64,000 nt of DNA from Curvularia clavata (lineage: Eukaryota): contig CP089274.1 in the NCBI GenBank assembly GCA_023920165.1, positions 868,001 to 932,000 on the forward strand, written 5' to 3'. The notes below the pieces were generated by a model. The model was not told the DNA's origin. It did not search any database and saw only the letters and a program-made list of their open reading frames with translations. This document shows, piece after piece, positions 47,100-57,606 of this stretch. The position numbers were made by a program, and so were the translations under genes. The first letter of the stretch is position 1; the number at the start of each line of letters is the position of its first letter.

Positions 47100-47937
47100 A
47101 TGCACTCCACCCTGGTGCGGCTGCAGAATGTCTTTGGTTTCTTTACCACAGTCGCTTTCACAGTCGCGACCGTGATTGCGTTGAGTAGTTTCATTACTCC
47201 GCAAAATCCCACCGCCAGCATATCACTGCGAAATGTCCAGGTAGTCAAGGGTCGACCGCATTACTATTCGTCCAAGAGGGAGGAGTATGCGCACATCAAG
47301 TTCGACCTGGATGCCGGTACGTCTATGCATACGCCGTGGGGCAGGTAGATGCAAAGCACCATTGCTCACACAAACCGCAGATCTCAACAGTCTCTTCAAC
47401 TGGAACACCAAGCAAGTCTTTGTCTACCTCAAAGCCGTCTACCCCTCTACCCGCGCCTCAGAGCCTCCATCAGAAGCTATCATCTGGGACGCAATTATCG
47501 CATCCAACTCGACGCCCTGGCACCAGAACCACTACATCCACCCAGACCCCAAGTCGAAGCTTCCTAAGCAATCTGCCAGGAAACGTGCCGCCGCCAAGCA
47601 AAAGACAACCTCCCCTTACCCCGTCGGCGAGCTCCACCTTCAAAACCAGAAGCCCAAATACCAGATTACCGATATCACAGGCAAGCTGGGCAACAGGACA
47701 GATGTAGTGTTGGAGCTGGGTTGGAACGTGCAGCCTTGGGTAGGCGTTCCCACATGGACCAACTGGAAGACGGTGGGCGTTTGGAAGGGCCTTGAGGGAG
47801 GCAGGAGCAAGGCATTTACATTCCCGGAGGTGGGAGCCAAGGCAGCCAAGCCTAAGGATCTGGAGACAGAGAAGGGTGCTGAGGGATACAGGCTGGAGGT
47901 TGGTGGAGAGGCGCCGCTGAGGAAGGCTGCCTCGTAA
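47100..47937 (+). CDS. SPC3: Signal peptidase complex subunit 3 (SPC22/23)
   Basis: MHSTLVRLQNVFGFFTT, KFDLDA | DLNSLFNWNTKQVFVY (intron about 47317-47380), IIWDAI, QKPKYQITD and WNVQPWVG. Confidence 0.92.
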
Positions 47938-48523
47938 AAGGAAATCAGATACGTGTACCATGTGATTTGAATATGGGGTTTGACTTGGAATTGGCAAGCA
48001 TTGTGCCATATGGCTGGGCGCTCGTCGAAATTTTGGAGATTTGAAGCGCATGCTTTGCTAGAAAGAAGCGATTTACTAAGCCAATGCATGTTTTGTTGCA
48101 GTTAAACAATCACGGACGCGGTTGGGTCAGGTGCTGAGTGAGCGAAGCGTGAATTTTTCGTCTCAGAGCGTATATGAATGTAATTGACTTCGAATATATC
48201 TCCAGTTCACATGCTGAACGTGCTATGGCAGAGTATCTCGACCAAAGCATTAACCTTGACATGAATGCTCGCATTGGTCGAGTTGGCTTGGTGCAATCAC
48301 GCCGTCTACTCGGCTCAAGGTCGGACCTCCGATCTCGCCGCAACCGCCACTTCTGGTCGTCGGATTTCAAAGCGCTCCACAACTCTCACCACTCCACAGG
48401 ATGCGCGTCATACCCTCCCTCGACAACGACGCCCTTTGTTTTGAGTCGCACAAATCTCCCGGGTGAGACTGCGCTTTGGAATCCCCGAAAGACCACACAA
48501 CATACCTATCCAAAGCAATCGCG

Positions 48524-49516
48524 ATGCCCCTCGATAACATCCGCAACATCCTCCTCGTGCTCTCCGGCAAGGGCGGGGTAGGCAAGTCGAGTATAACCAC
48601 ACAACTCGCCCTTACGCTATCGCTACAAGGAAACTCTGTTGGCGTCCTGGATATCGATCTTACAGGCCCGAGCATACCGCGCTTTTTCGGCATCGAGGAG
48701 TCAAAAGTGAGGCAAGCCCCAGGTGGCTGGATACCAGTTGATGTCCATGGAGCGCATACATTGCCTGGACAGAAATTGAGGAAAAATAACCAGGGAGAAG
48801 GAGAGGAGACAGGAAGTGAGCAAGACCAGAAAGTTGGACCATTATCATGCATGTCGCTCGGTTTCATCCTGGCTTCCCGCTCCGATGCCGTTATCTGGCG
48901 CGGACCTAAGAAGACGGCTATGGTCCGTCAATTCCTTACGGATGTGCTTTGGCCTCCCCTCGATTACCTTCTTATCGACACTCCGCCAGGTACCTCGGAC
49001 GAGCACATTTCTCTGCTCGAAACCCTGCTCAAGAACACGACACCTTCTCCTTCTCTCAACCCAAATCTCCCTTTCCTTGCTGGCGCAGTGGTCGTAACAA
49101 CACCGCAAGCCATAAGCATCAGCGATGTAAAGAAAGAGCTAAATTTCTGCAAGAAGACAAGCATAAGAGTCCTCGGCGTTGTCGAAAATATGGCTGGCTT
49201 CGTCTGCCCCAATTGCTCAGAGTGCACGAACGTTTTCAGCAAGGGAGGCGGCCAAGTCATGGCGAACGATTTCCAAGTTCCTTTCTTGGGCAGCGTGCCT
49301 ATAGACCCAGCGTTTGTGGAGTTGATTGAGAGCGGCACGAGGCCTGTGTATCCAAAGGGGACGGTTATGCAGGGTAAAGACGTGAGCACTGAGGATGTGG
49401 AAAAGGCGAGGAAGAGCGAGGGGAGCCTAGTGGACAAGTATAGGGATTGCTCGCTGTATCCGCTTTTCGATGGCTTTGTGACGAGGCTGAAGGCGGATGT
49501 GGCAGCGATAGAGTAA
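48524..49516 (+). CDS. CFD1: Cytosolic Fe-S cluster assembly P-loop NTPase Cfd1
   Basis: [39 protein letters not shown] and CPNC. Lacks the N-terminal ferredoxin-like Cys cluster of Nbp35. Confidence 0.92.
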   Translation: MPLDNIRNILLVLSGKGGVGKSSITTQLALTLSLQGNSVGVLDIDLTGPSIPRFFGIEESKVRQAPGGWIPVDVHGAHTLPGQKLRKNNQGEGEETGSEQDQKVGPLSCMSLGFILASRSDAVIWRGPKKTAMVRQFLTDVLWPPLDYLLIDTPPGTSDEHISLLETLLKNTTPSPSLNPNLPFLAGAVVVTTPQAISISDVKKELNFCKKTSIRVLGVVENMAGFVCPNCSECTNVFSKGGGQVMANDFQVPFLGSVPIDPAFVELIESGTRPVYPKGTVMQGKDVSTEDVEKARKSEGSLVDKYRDCSLYPLFDGFVTRLKADVAAIE

Positions 49517-50323
49517 TGGAAGAGAAACAAACGCCGAAGTTGCGGTCGAAATTCGTGTACTATGGCTCGTCATGGCTTATTCGTCTTTTATGCGTTTGTG
49601 ATTCCACGCCTCGGGGTTGGTGACCTTTTCGCCGTCATGTCCTCATACATTCCTCATTGATTTCGTTGCAGACTTTACTATTCCTCTCTGCTAATTCTTT
49701 TCACGCTTACACGGGCGCTCCAACGTCCCCGAGGTGACTTTACCATTGGACGCTCTTCCTGAAGCCTTACTACTCATGACCGCCTGATGCCTTGGACACC
49801 CGTCATTACACCGTATTTCACAGCAACGCTCTCATGTACCAACCGATCTCGGAAAATGACCCTCGTGATATGACGCCATTCCTGTTACGTGTCTCAAGTC
49901 CTTTCATATGCACCAACTTTCTGGATCCGCTACTGGCTGAGCCGGAGAGTCCGTTTGACGACGAACGCGCCTCCCGGGTAAGTGAGAGAAATAACCAACG
50001 ATCAGGTGAAGGTAGTTCCGGATTCGTGCCGGCTACATTCTTGCTAGGCACTAATGTGTATATAGCTTTCCTACTGTCCAAAAGCAGTTTGTTTCCTAAC
50101 ATTACTATTTCGTTTGACTCAACCCTCCATTTTTGCCTCTGCAAAGACCACAATCGAGCTGCGCTACTCAAGCTCACTCGGAGCTACAAGAGTAGCTGCG
50201 ATATCCATACCACGTGCATTTACTTATAGTATGTGCAGTACAATTTATTGGAACGCTGATCAAAACTAACCGTTCAACAGCGCCAAAAAGTCTGTATTCG
50301 TACAGTGACAGAGAAACTCCACC

Positions 50324-52894
50324 ATGTCGCAAGATATCCAAGCAACCGACCCAGTTCCGCATCCTGACGGACCAAGCGGTTCACCTGTGCACCAGAATAT
50401 GCTCGGTTCTGCAACCACATCCCACGACATGGAAAATCTGGATCAGGAGGATGAAGAGATGGACAGCCGTCAATATACCACTGAAGAAGTAGAGATGATG
50501 TTCAATGACAGTTTTTTCCGCAACCTCGCAGAAGCAGACAACAGCGGACAAGTAGAGAACAACCCAATGGATACAGCTGGCCGGCAGGAACCTGCTTTCA
50601 TGTCCGAGCACCACGGTGACAACACAGTACCTGTTTTATCGGAGGACAACTATCCCACGCTTCTAATGGATGAAGGCAGCACTCAACTTACCCATTTGGA
50701 TGAAGGCGCCAAGAACCCTCATGGAGATGCTTCTGTCAAATCGGAGCCCGAGGTCAAGGGCGAAAATCGCTGCCAGGATCCTAGCTCCGATTATCCCATG
50801 GGCGAGTCCGAGCATGGTGATAAGATGCAATCCTCAACTCTCCAATACACGAGTGAGCTTCTGCAAGATGTTCCTCAAGATACCATCATGAACGAAGAGC
50901 CCGGATACCGAGGGCATGAATGGACCGACCATGTTGGCCTAGGCGAAGGAGGAGATGGAACCGCAGTTCAAACAAATCAAGGCCAAAATGGAGAAACTGT
51001 TCCAATGGACGAGAATTCTATTTGGTCTAACGGCCCTGCTGCTAATCAGACTGATTTCGAGAAAGAAAGTCAATATGCGGTTCCTGAGAAGGAGCATCCA
51101 GACGTACAATCTGCGCAGCAATACGGTGAAAACATGGCACCAGGAACCGCTCACCAGCTGCTTGGTTCCAGAAGCAAAGATATCAACCATCCCTCGACTT
51201 TCACACAACCAGTAGACTTTTGGAAGCATCGCCCACGTATGCAGTCAGGATACGAGGGCAACACGACGAGCATGACCGAGAAGGAAACAGTTGGTCAGCA
51301 TATGCAACCATCGAATGCCCCTATGCCAGGTCTTTGGCCAACGTCCGGGATGAATGACATCCAACATCAAGCCTTTGGCCGTCCCATCGACTATGTCGGC
51401 ATATCCGCTTCTCCTCACTCTTCAATCCAAAACACTGCGCCGTTCACGACCTCCAATACCTTCTCTCAATTCCAGCCACCAACCCAACACTTCCCACAGC
51501 AACAAACACCTAATACATACAACCAAAGCCCCATCGACACCCTCTTCGCTCGCCAACAGCAGCTCCAGGCCCAAGTCGAGGAAAAACGACGCCAGCTCGA
51601 GAGCGCAAGGCGGCTGCATGAACAGACTCAACGTCAGGCCCAGCAAGCCAATAGCTTGAGTTTCGCTCAGAGCCAAGCCAGTGCACCGGCTTCGTTTCTC
51701 ATGGGTCCGTTGAGCTACCAGCGTGCTCCCCAGGGTGGGTATGGGCAAGTGCCACCGGGGAGCAACAACTCAAGCCACTGGCCTGAGAGTCAGTCAGGCT
51801 CTTCGCAGAGCCAGATGGTACTGCGTGAACTACTTGCTTCGTTCCCTGCGCAAGGTCAGGAGGCGGTTAGTACGTCGATTGGTGTGAACCAGCAGACACC
51901 AGGACCGTCCACTGCTCCAGACCAGTCCAAGACGCAGCAGCAAGACTCGGAAGAAGATTCCAACGACAAAGAGCCCCTGATAACACAAACCGAACCTCGC
52001 CCATCCATCACCAGTCAAACTTCCAACCCTGACCAGCCCTCTGCGTCTCAGCCATGCACCCCTCCCATCGGCATCACCTCCTCCCCTCCCGCTCCTACCA
52101 TCGACTGGAAGCTCCCGCAATACGACTGCCACGTCGACCCCACGCCCGCCGATCCCAATCAACCCGTTGCCAAAGTCTCCCTTCCCGGTCTCGTCCGCGA
52201 AGAAGTCCTTCTCTCCCCCGACCACGCAGACCAGGAAATCCACCTCTTGCTCAACGTCTTCCTGCCCGGACAGCGCGCACTCACGACTCCGGATGCAAAG
52301 CCCGCGACGGCTGTACTAAACTTCCACACCATTGCGCTCATGGTGATCGAAGCGTACGTACAGTATGAAATTGGTGATGAGCTGGGGCGCCGAAACCCTT
52401 ACTATGCGCCGTCGAACGAGGATAGAGTGGGTTCAGACGCAGAGTACGAGCGTATTCGCGACGCGCGGAGTGCAGACGAAGATGAGATTTTCTTTGCGGT
52501 TATGGATCGCTGGCGAGCGGGGAGGGAGAGCGGAAAGCAGAGTGTAGGGCTGATTAGGGGGATCCAGGAGTTTTGTGATGTCGCGCTGGATGTCATTTAT
52601 TATATTAAAGAGCATGGGTTGCTGGGGAGTGAGGGACGGCAGGAACAAGAGGGGGAGGGAGAGGGAGAGGAACAGGAGGAAGAGGTGAAGTCGAAGGGAA
52701 AGGGAAAAGGAAAGGCGGCAGTCAAGGAAGAAGGCGTTGCGGTGCTCAAGGCTAAACCAAAGGGGAAGAGGGCGGCAGCTACGGAGAAGACGGAGACGGG
52801 GGCTAGGAAGAAAGGCAAGGCGGCGGTTAAGAAGGAGGAGCCGAAGAAGAGGGGGAGGAAGCCAGCGGGGGGTATTACGGTGGTGAAGAGATAG
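50324..52894 (+). CDS. Hypothetical protein: acidic/Q-rich disordered N-terminus, folded C-terminal domain, Lys-rich tail
   Basis: 856-aa ORF with a good start context (accATGt) and an in-frame stop upstream. No family recognised. Confidence 0.78.
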   Translation: MSQDIQATDPVPHPDGPSGSPVHQNMLGSATTSHDMENLDQEDEEMDSRQYTTEEVEMMFNDSFFRNLAEADNSGQVENNPMDTAGRQEPAFMSEHHGDNTVPVLSEDNYPTLLMDEGSTQLTHLDEGAKNPHGDASVKSEPEVKGENRCQDPSSDYPMGESEHGDKMQSSTLQYTSELLQDVPQDTIMNEEPGYRGHEWTDHVGLGEGGDGTAVQTNQGQNGETVPMDENSIWSNGPAANQTDFEKESQYAVPEKEHPDVQSAQQYGENMAPGTAHQLLGSRSKDINHPSTFTQPVDFWKHRPRMQSGYEGNTTSMTEKETVGQHMQPSNAPMPGLWPTSGMNDIQHQAFGRPIDYVGISASPHSSIQNTAPFTTSNTFSQFQPPTQHFPQQQTPNTYNQSPIDTLFARQQQLQAQVEEKRRQLESARRLHEQTQRQAQQANSLSFAQSQASAPASFLMGPLSYQRAPQGGYGQVPPGSNNSSHWPESQSGSSQSQMVLRELLASFPAQGQEAVSTSIGVNQQTPGPSTAPDQSKTQQQDSEEDSNDKEPLITQTEPRPSITSQTSNPDQPSASQPCTPPIGITSSPPAPTIDWKLPQYDCHVDPTPADPNQPVAKVSLPGLVREEVLLSPDHADQEIHLLLNVFLPGQRALTTPDAKPATAVLNFHTIALMVIEAYVQYEIGDELGRRNPYYAPSNEDRVGSDAEYERIRDARSADEDEIFFAVMDRWRAGRESGKQSVGLIRGIQEFCDVALDVIYYIKEHGLLGSEGRQEQEGEGEGEEQEEEVKSKGKGKGKAAVKEEGVAVLKAKPKGKRAAATEKTETGARKKGKAAVKKEEPKKRGRKPAGGITVVKR

Positions 52895-53152
52895 GAGGGT
52901 GTTTTGAGGTCATTGGTTTTAGAAGGAGTCTGGGAAAAGGGGGATTTCCTCTGGAGAGCATATGGAAGGCAAAAGAGATTGCAAGGCGGATGGGTATTTG
53001 GCATGCGTTTTCCAGGGCGTTTGGATGCTTTACTCAGCGAGCACATGGCATGCTTTTCTCAATCAAAGGATTACTGTTTAGATTTTAATACACTCTACTC
53101 TACATGTACTATATAGATAGCCTCTCCTTCAGACTAAATCACTTCACCTCCC

Positions 53153-54103
53153 TTACGACTTAAAGACCTGATAATTATCAACTGGCGCCACACTCTTCAC
53201 ACTCTCCCAGATCTCATCGATGCCCTTGGCGGCCTCGTCACTCAGCTTGCCCTTCTTGAGCCATTGCGCTGTCTGCTCGATCTGCTCAATCCTGCTCGCA
53301 CCAAAGATGACGCCGTCCTCATCGCCCTGCAGCGCACTGTGGTAAGCATCCCATCGGTACGCCAGCTCCGCCTTGGTCACACCCTCCTTCTCTGCGATCT
53401 CGTTCCACTTGGCGAGCGCCTTGATCATGGGCTCTTTGTTGTATAGCTTGTCGTATAAGCCGCTCATGCTTTCCTTGTTGAAGCGGCCTGCGCCCGCCTC
53501 AATGTCGGCAGCCGTCTTGTTCAGGAAACCGCCAGCAAGAGGCGAGTAGGCGTAAAAGTGAATGCCGAGTTTACGCAGGGTAGGGAAGAGCTGTGTCTCG
53601 AGGTGGCGAGCTACAGGGTTATAATTGCCCTGGTAAACCGAGGGAAGAGGGTATCCCTTTGCTTTGCAAATGTCGTAGACCTGCTGCACCTGCTCGGCGG
53701 TGAAGTTGCTCAGCCCAAAGCGGCGGAAGATGCCCTTTTTGTAGGCTTCGTTGACGCCTTCGAGTGTCTCTTCGAAGGGAACGGAGGTGTCTGGAGCGTG
53801 GATGTAGAAAATGTCGATTTTGTCAATGTTCAGGCGAGCGAAGGATTCCTCCATATGTTCGATGACCTTTTCTTTTGAGGCGCTGCCTGGTGCAAAGCCC
53901 CCGGGAATCTTAGTGTCGATGGCAAATTCCTTGCGCTTTGGGATCTTGCCGATGGCCTCTTCGGAGCCAGGGTATATGCGTGCTGTGTCAATGGTTGTGA
54001 CGCCATTCTTCAGCAGAACGTCGACGACTTGGTCGCGCTTCTCTGGCGTTTCGAAGTTGCTAGAGTCGGAGAGAGGATAGCCTCCGAAAACAGCCTTGAC
54101 CAT
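53153..54103 (-). CDS. Aldo-keto reductase, AKR7 (aflatoxin B1 aldehyde reductase)-like
   Basis: ATG 54103 (MVKAVFGG); IDTARIY, IDTK, DIFYIHAPD, GLSNF, YQGNYN, YAYSPLAGGFL and IFGASRIEQ. Confidence 0.9.
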   Translation of the reverse strand: MVKAVFGGYPLSDSSNFETPEKRDQVVDVLLKNGVTTIDTARIYPGSEEAIGKIPKRKEFAIDTKIPGGFAPGSASKEKVIEHMEESFARLNIDKIDIFYIHAPDTSVPFEETLEGVNEAYKKGIFRRFGLSNFTAEQVQQVYDICKAKGYPLPSVYQGNYNPVARHLETQLFPTLRKLGIHFYAYSPLAGGFLNKTAADIEAGAGRFNKESMSGLYDKLYNKEPMIKALAKWNEIAEKEGVTKAELAYRWDAYHSALQGDEDGVIFGASRIEQIEQTAQWLKKGKLSDEAAKGIDEIWESVKSVAPVDNYQVFKS

Positions 54104-54958
54104 TGTGGCGGTGTTGGTATAGATGTTGTTGAGATGGCAGTGGGTATTCAATTGGGGAGTGAGAACTTCCAGGCAGTTGGGATGTTGATGAAATTTTCGA
54201 GGTTCGCCCTCGATGTACTTATAGGCAGCTGCGTCCCCATCTTTCTGCGGGCATTTCCCATGCTCTGGAGTACTGGCAACACTTGATCGTTCTTGGCAAC
54301 TCCCCAGTTACGTATGACGTTTTACTGCATGCGTGCTACCCCGCCTGAATTGTGTCAATTCCGCGTCCACAATGCAGCCTTCAGACACATCTCACGCGAG
54401 CCGATCAGACTGGTAAAATTGGGGCACTGTGTTTGGTTGTTGCATGCTATACCTCTACTCCTACGGACACCACGGACATGTTTTGAGGGCGAGCCTGACA
54501 AATGAGACTTTGGTCGGCTTACGGGCGAATTGCGGGCGAAGCTTTGATAGGCTAGTGGGGAAGCTGACACTGCCGCTGAGTAAGCAGCCCTACGAATGCA
54601 TTCTATCTGCTTCTTACGTAGGCTTCTCATCTTTTAGTGTCTTCTCAAAAAAATGGGGAATATGCTCTTTCGACATACAACAAGACCATCACCTCCAAAG
54701 AATAGCGCAGACAACTCCAACACCTCACAACCCTGCACTACACATACTACAGCAATGTGTTGGTAACGCTACACCATGCAACAGCAGAAGAAGCTGCTAG
54801 AAAATATTGAGTGGAGTCTTCTTTTTTTGAAAAAGAAGAAGAATCGGGGTTTAACGGATTTAGACGGAATTAGATGTTTGATAGGCACTGTCTGTGCAAT
54901 TCTTTGGAGACGGCGAGACGGAATCGTGCATATAGCGTACTCTACTGCTTGCAACACG

Positions 54959-56923
54959 TCATGATGGTCCTGGTTCCATCTCAGTCCACCCGCCATCTGC
55001 TCTCCAAACCCCAGCCTTTGTGTAATCGCCCCTACGGCCACCGCTCAAGTATGCAAAGCGGAAGTACTCATTGACGCCCTCCATGTGCCTAGTCCATGTC
55101 CAACTGTCATCCATCCTGTCTGTAAACTCATGGAACCTTTCTACATCATTGACCAAGACACTCATGCCCTCATATGGTGTCGGGAAGGGATATTGCCAGT
55201 CAAAAGTGATGTTGGGCTTGAGATGAGCTATATCCGTATTGTTGTGGATGACGGGTGCAGTAATAGTTGGGAGAGGGGTACCACTAGGGGCGTCACCACG
55301 AAGCGCGCTAGGAGTCTCGAGGATACTAGCAAAGCCCCAGCGCGCGATACCGTTAATGAACAAACCTATAAGAATGCCTTGATAGAGCAGCGAGGGCCGC
55401 GTTTGCATCGAAGTGCCAGGAACAAGGAGTAGGCCAAGGATGTAGTGGTGGATCCTGACATTCATCTTGGGAATCGCGACAAGTGTAAGTATACCGGCGA
55501 CGAAGATGCCATAGATGGCGAGATAGCGAGGCAGGCGGCCTTCAATTCTGAATGCCCAAGCCTGCCCAAGAGCGATGAAGAATAGAGTGAGGACAATGAT
55601 GATGAGGGCAGGAATGGCGCCAGGCTGGTTCTGGATATCGTGGGGCGTGAGGCGCTCAATGGGAATCTTGTCAAAGGTGTAGTTGTTCAGAGCGCCGATC
55701 CAGCACCCTCCTAGCCAGAGGATAGTCTTCTCAATCTGTGCATGCAAACCCTCGAGCTGGCGACGTACAGCGAATCTGTAGACGGCATACATGCAGAAGG
55801 AGGCCGGAAGGAGGCGCGCAAGGGTGATACTGACAATGGCATAGTAGTCTGTCAGGTTTGGTGGGTCTGAAGCAAGGGCAACATGGACAAAGATGCCTAG
55901 GAAGATCGAAGTGAAGAATACAGACGGCGACGTGGTAAAGAGTGACAACAGAATCGTAAAGGTCAGAGAAACACCGAGCAGCGGCCATCGCAGGTCGCGG
56001 CATTTGGCAGCGGTTCCAGGCAGGAAGGAAAAGGTGCGGGGAAAATAGGAGTCGAAGCCGGTGCTCTTGATGTGCTTGCGGTTAACACTGGGATAGTTAG
56101 TCTTCTCGCCAATCTGGGCAACGACTCCGCATCCACCTGAAGCATCGTTAATGAAGCCAGCGTGGATGGCGGCAGCGCATATGAAAGAGTCTGCGCGATA
56201 ATAGGTGTTGTTGAGCGATTCGTCGTCGTCGGTAGGCCCGCCTACAACCAGGGGACGAAAGTTGACCATTTGGTCTCCAACAGCATGTGGATATATCAAC
56301 TGCACGCGCTTGCAGTTTGCTGGGCAGCGGAAAGGCATGGTGCTGTTCTCAAAAGGCCGGCACAGATCGCCATTGAGGCCGCAGCCATTGCCGTCGCTCC
56401 AAAAGCGGTCGGTACATCGCACGCGCACTGGGCTGCCGTAGCCAGGTATGTCAGCTGCGAAGGCACTGCGATGCAAGACCAGGCCAAAAGTCAAGATCCA
56501 ACAAAAATAGAAGAAGACGAGCAGGGCAATCTTGTGTTTCCTTTTAGGGAAATAGTTGTTCAAGAGGCGAAGCGGTGCTGTCTGGACCTGTGGGAAGAAG
56601 GGTCGTATCTTCCAGGGACGCGGCGGCTGAGGACCCTTGACCCAAACGACGGTATTCTGCCACATACGCTGCAGTCGTGGTGGGAGGTAGTTTGCTAGGA
56701 AATGCGACTGCTGTGGACGGTAGTACTCTTCGGCCGAAGCCTCGGACGTTGCGATGAGTTCGGCGGACTCGTTGGAAAGCGCGCTTGCGGCTTCGTCGTC
56801 GCGATAAACGGGCGGAGGGGCGCCCTCGTCATCGTGGATGCCATGGTCTGGCTCCACGTCTGGGAGGGAGGCCAGCTCGTGGCGGGATCTGGTTGGCGAC
56901 GACAGCTTGAAGGCGGATGGCAC
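54959..56923 (-). CDS. LCCL-domain multi-pass membrane protein (start uncertain)
   Basis: LCCL motif YRADSFICAAAIHAG...GGCG, Cys-rich NGCGLNGDLCRPF...CPANC, multiple TM segments and RIHHYILGLLL. The ORF opens at GTG 56923; the first in-frame ATG is 56665. Confidence 0.85.
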   Translation of the reverse strand: MPSAFKLSSPTRSRHELASLPDVEPDHGIHDDEGAPPPVYRDDEAASALSNESAELIATSEASAEEYYRPQQSHFLANYLPPRLQRMWQNTVVWVKGPQPPRPWKIRPFFPQVQTAPLRLLNNYFPKRKHKIALLVFFYFCWILTFGLVLHRSAFAADIPGYGSPVRVRCTDRFWSDGNGCGLNGDLCRPFENSTMPFRCPANCKRVQLIYPHAVGDQMVNFRPLVVGGPTDDDESLNNTYYRADSFICAAAIHAGFINDASGGCGVVAQIGEKTNYPSVNRKHIKSTGFDSYFPRTFSFLPGTAAKCRDLRWPLLGVSLTFTILLSLFTTSPSVFFTSIFLGIFVHVALASDPPNLTDYYAIVSITLARLLPASFCMYAVYRFAVRRQLEGLHAQIEKTILWLGGCWIGALNNYTFDKIPIERLTPHDIQNQPGAIPALIIIVLTLFFIALGQAWAFRIEGRLPRYLAIYGIFVAGILTLVAIPKMNVRIHHYILGLLLVPGTSMQTRPSLLYQGILIGLFINGIARWGFASILETPSALRGDAPSGTPLPTITAPVIHNNTDIAHLKPNITFDWQYPFPTPYEGMSVLVNDVERFHEFTDRMDDSWTWTRHMEGVNEYFRFAYLSGGRRGDYTKAGVWRADGGWTEMEPGPS

Positions 56924-57606
56924 GGCGATGTGCCGAGGCTTCAGGGATGGTTATCGATAGGAATGGGTGGGGAAGAGCAATGGAGGAAAATGCGCGGAGG
57001 GCGGGCGCAGGACCGGACGAGTGTAGATATAAAACGCAGAGAGGGCCGAGTCCGAGACAGAGGGCCAAAGCCAACGGGGGCGTGGCGAAAAGAGGATTGC
57101 CATGTTCGGCTGGCCGGGACCTGCATACCGGTAGGTGATGGTCAGCCTGTGGGGTTCCCACGTTTCTGGTTGTCGGATGCCCGGCGCCGAGACGGTGCGG
57201 TGCGCCCGCACGTGGCAGACACGACAACGGCGCGTTATACGTGTATCGAGACGTGGATACAGTACGTCTGTCTTTGCATATTGTTGCAGTTAGTCACAGT
57301 TGGTCGCCGCCAGCCGCTCGAGCTGCCAGCATGTGGATACTGTGGCCGGCTGCCAATCAGAGTCGTCGCGGGCCGCCCGTTGAGGTCTAGCTGCGACACG
57401 CACCCGTCGTGAGGTCACTACCGTCCTTGTCAAGCCGACATTTCTAATCAAGCCCTGCCCTTATCGGATCCTCCCCGGACCACTTTGCGGGCGACGCGCC
57501 TCCATTCTCTCTGCTCTCTTGTTCTCTGCCTGGTTGCCATTGTCAATTACTTATCTCTGTTTTTGTTTTTGTTGTACAAACAAGGGACCAGCTTGTCTGT
57601 ATCACA

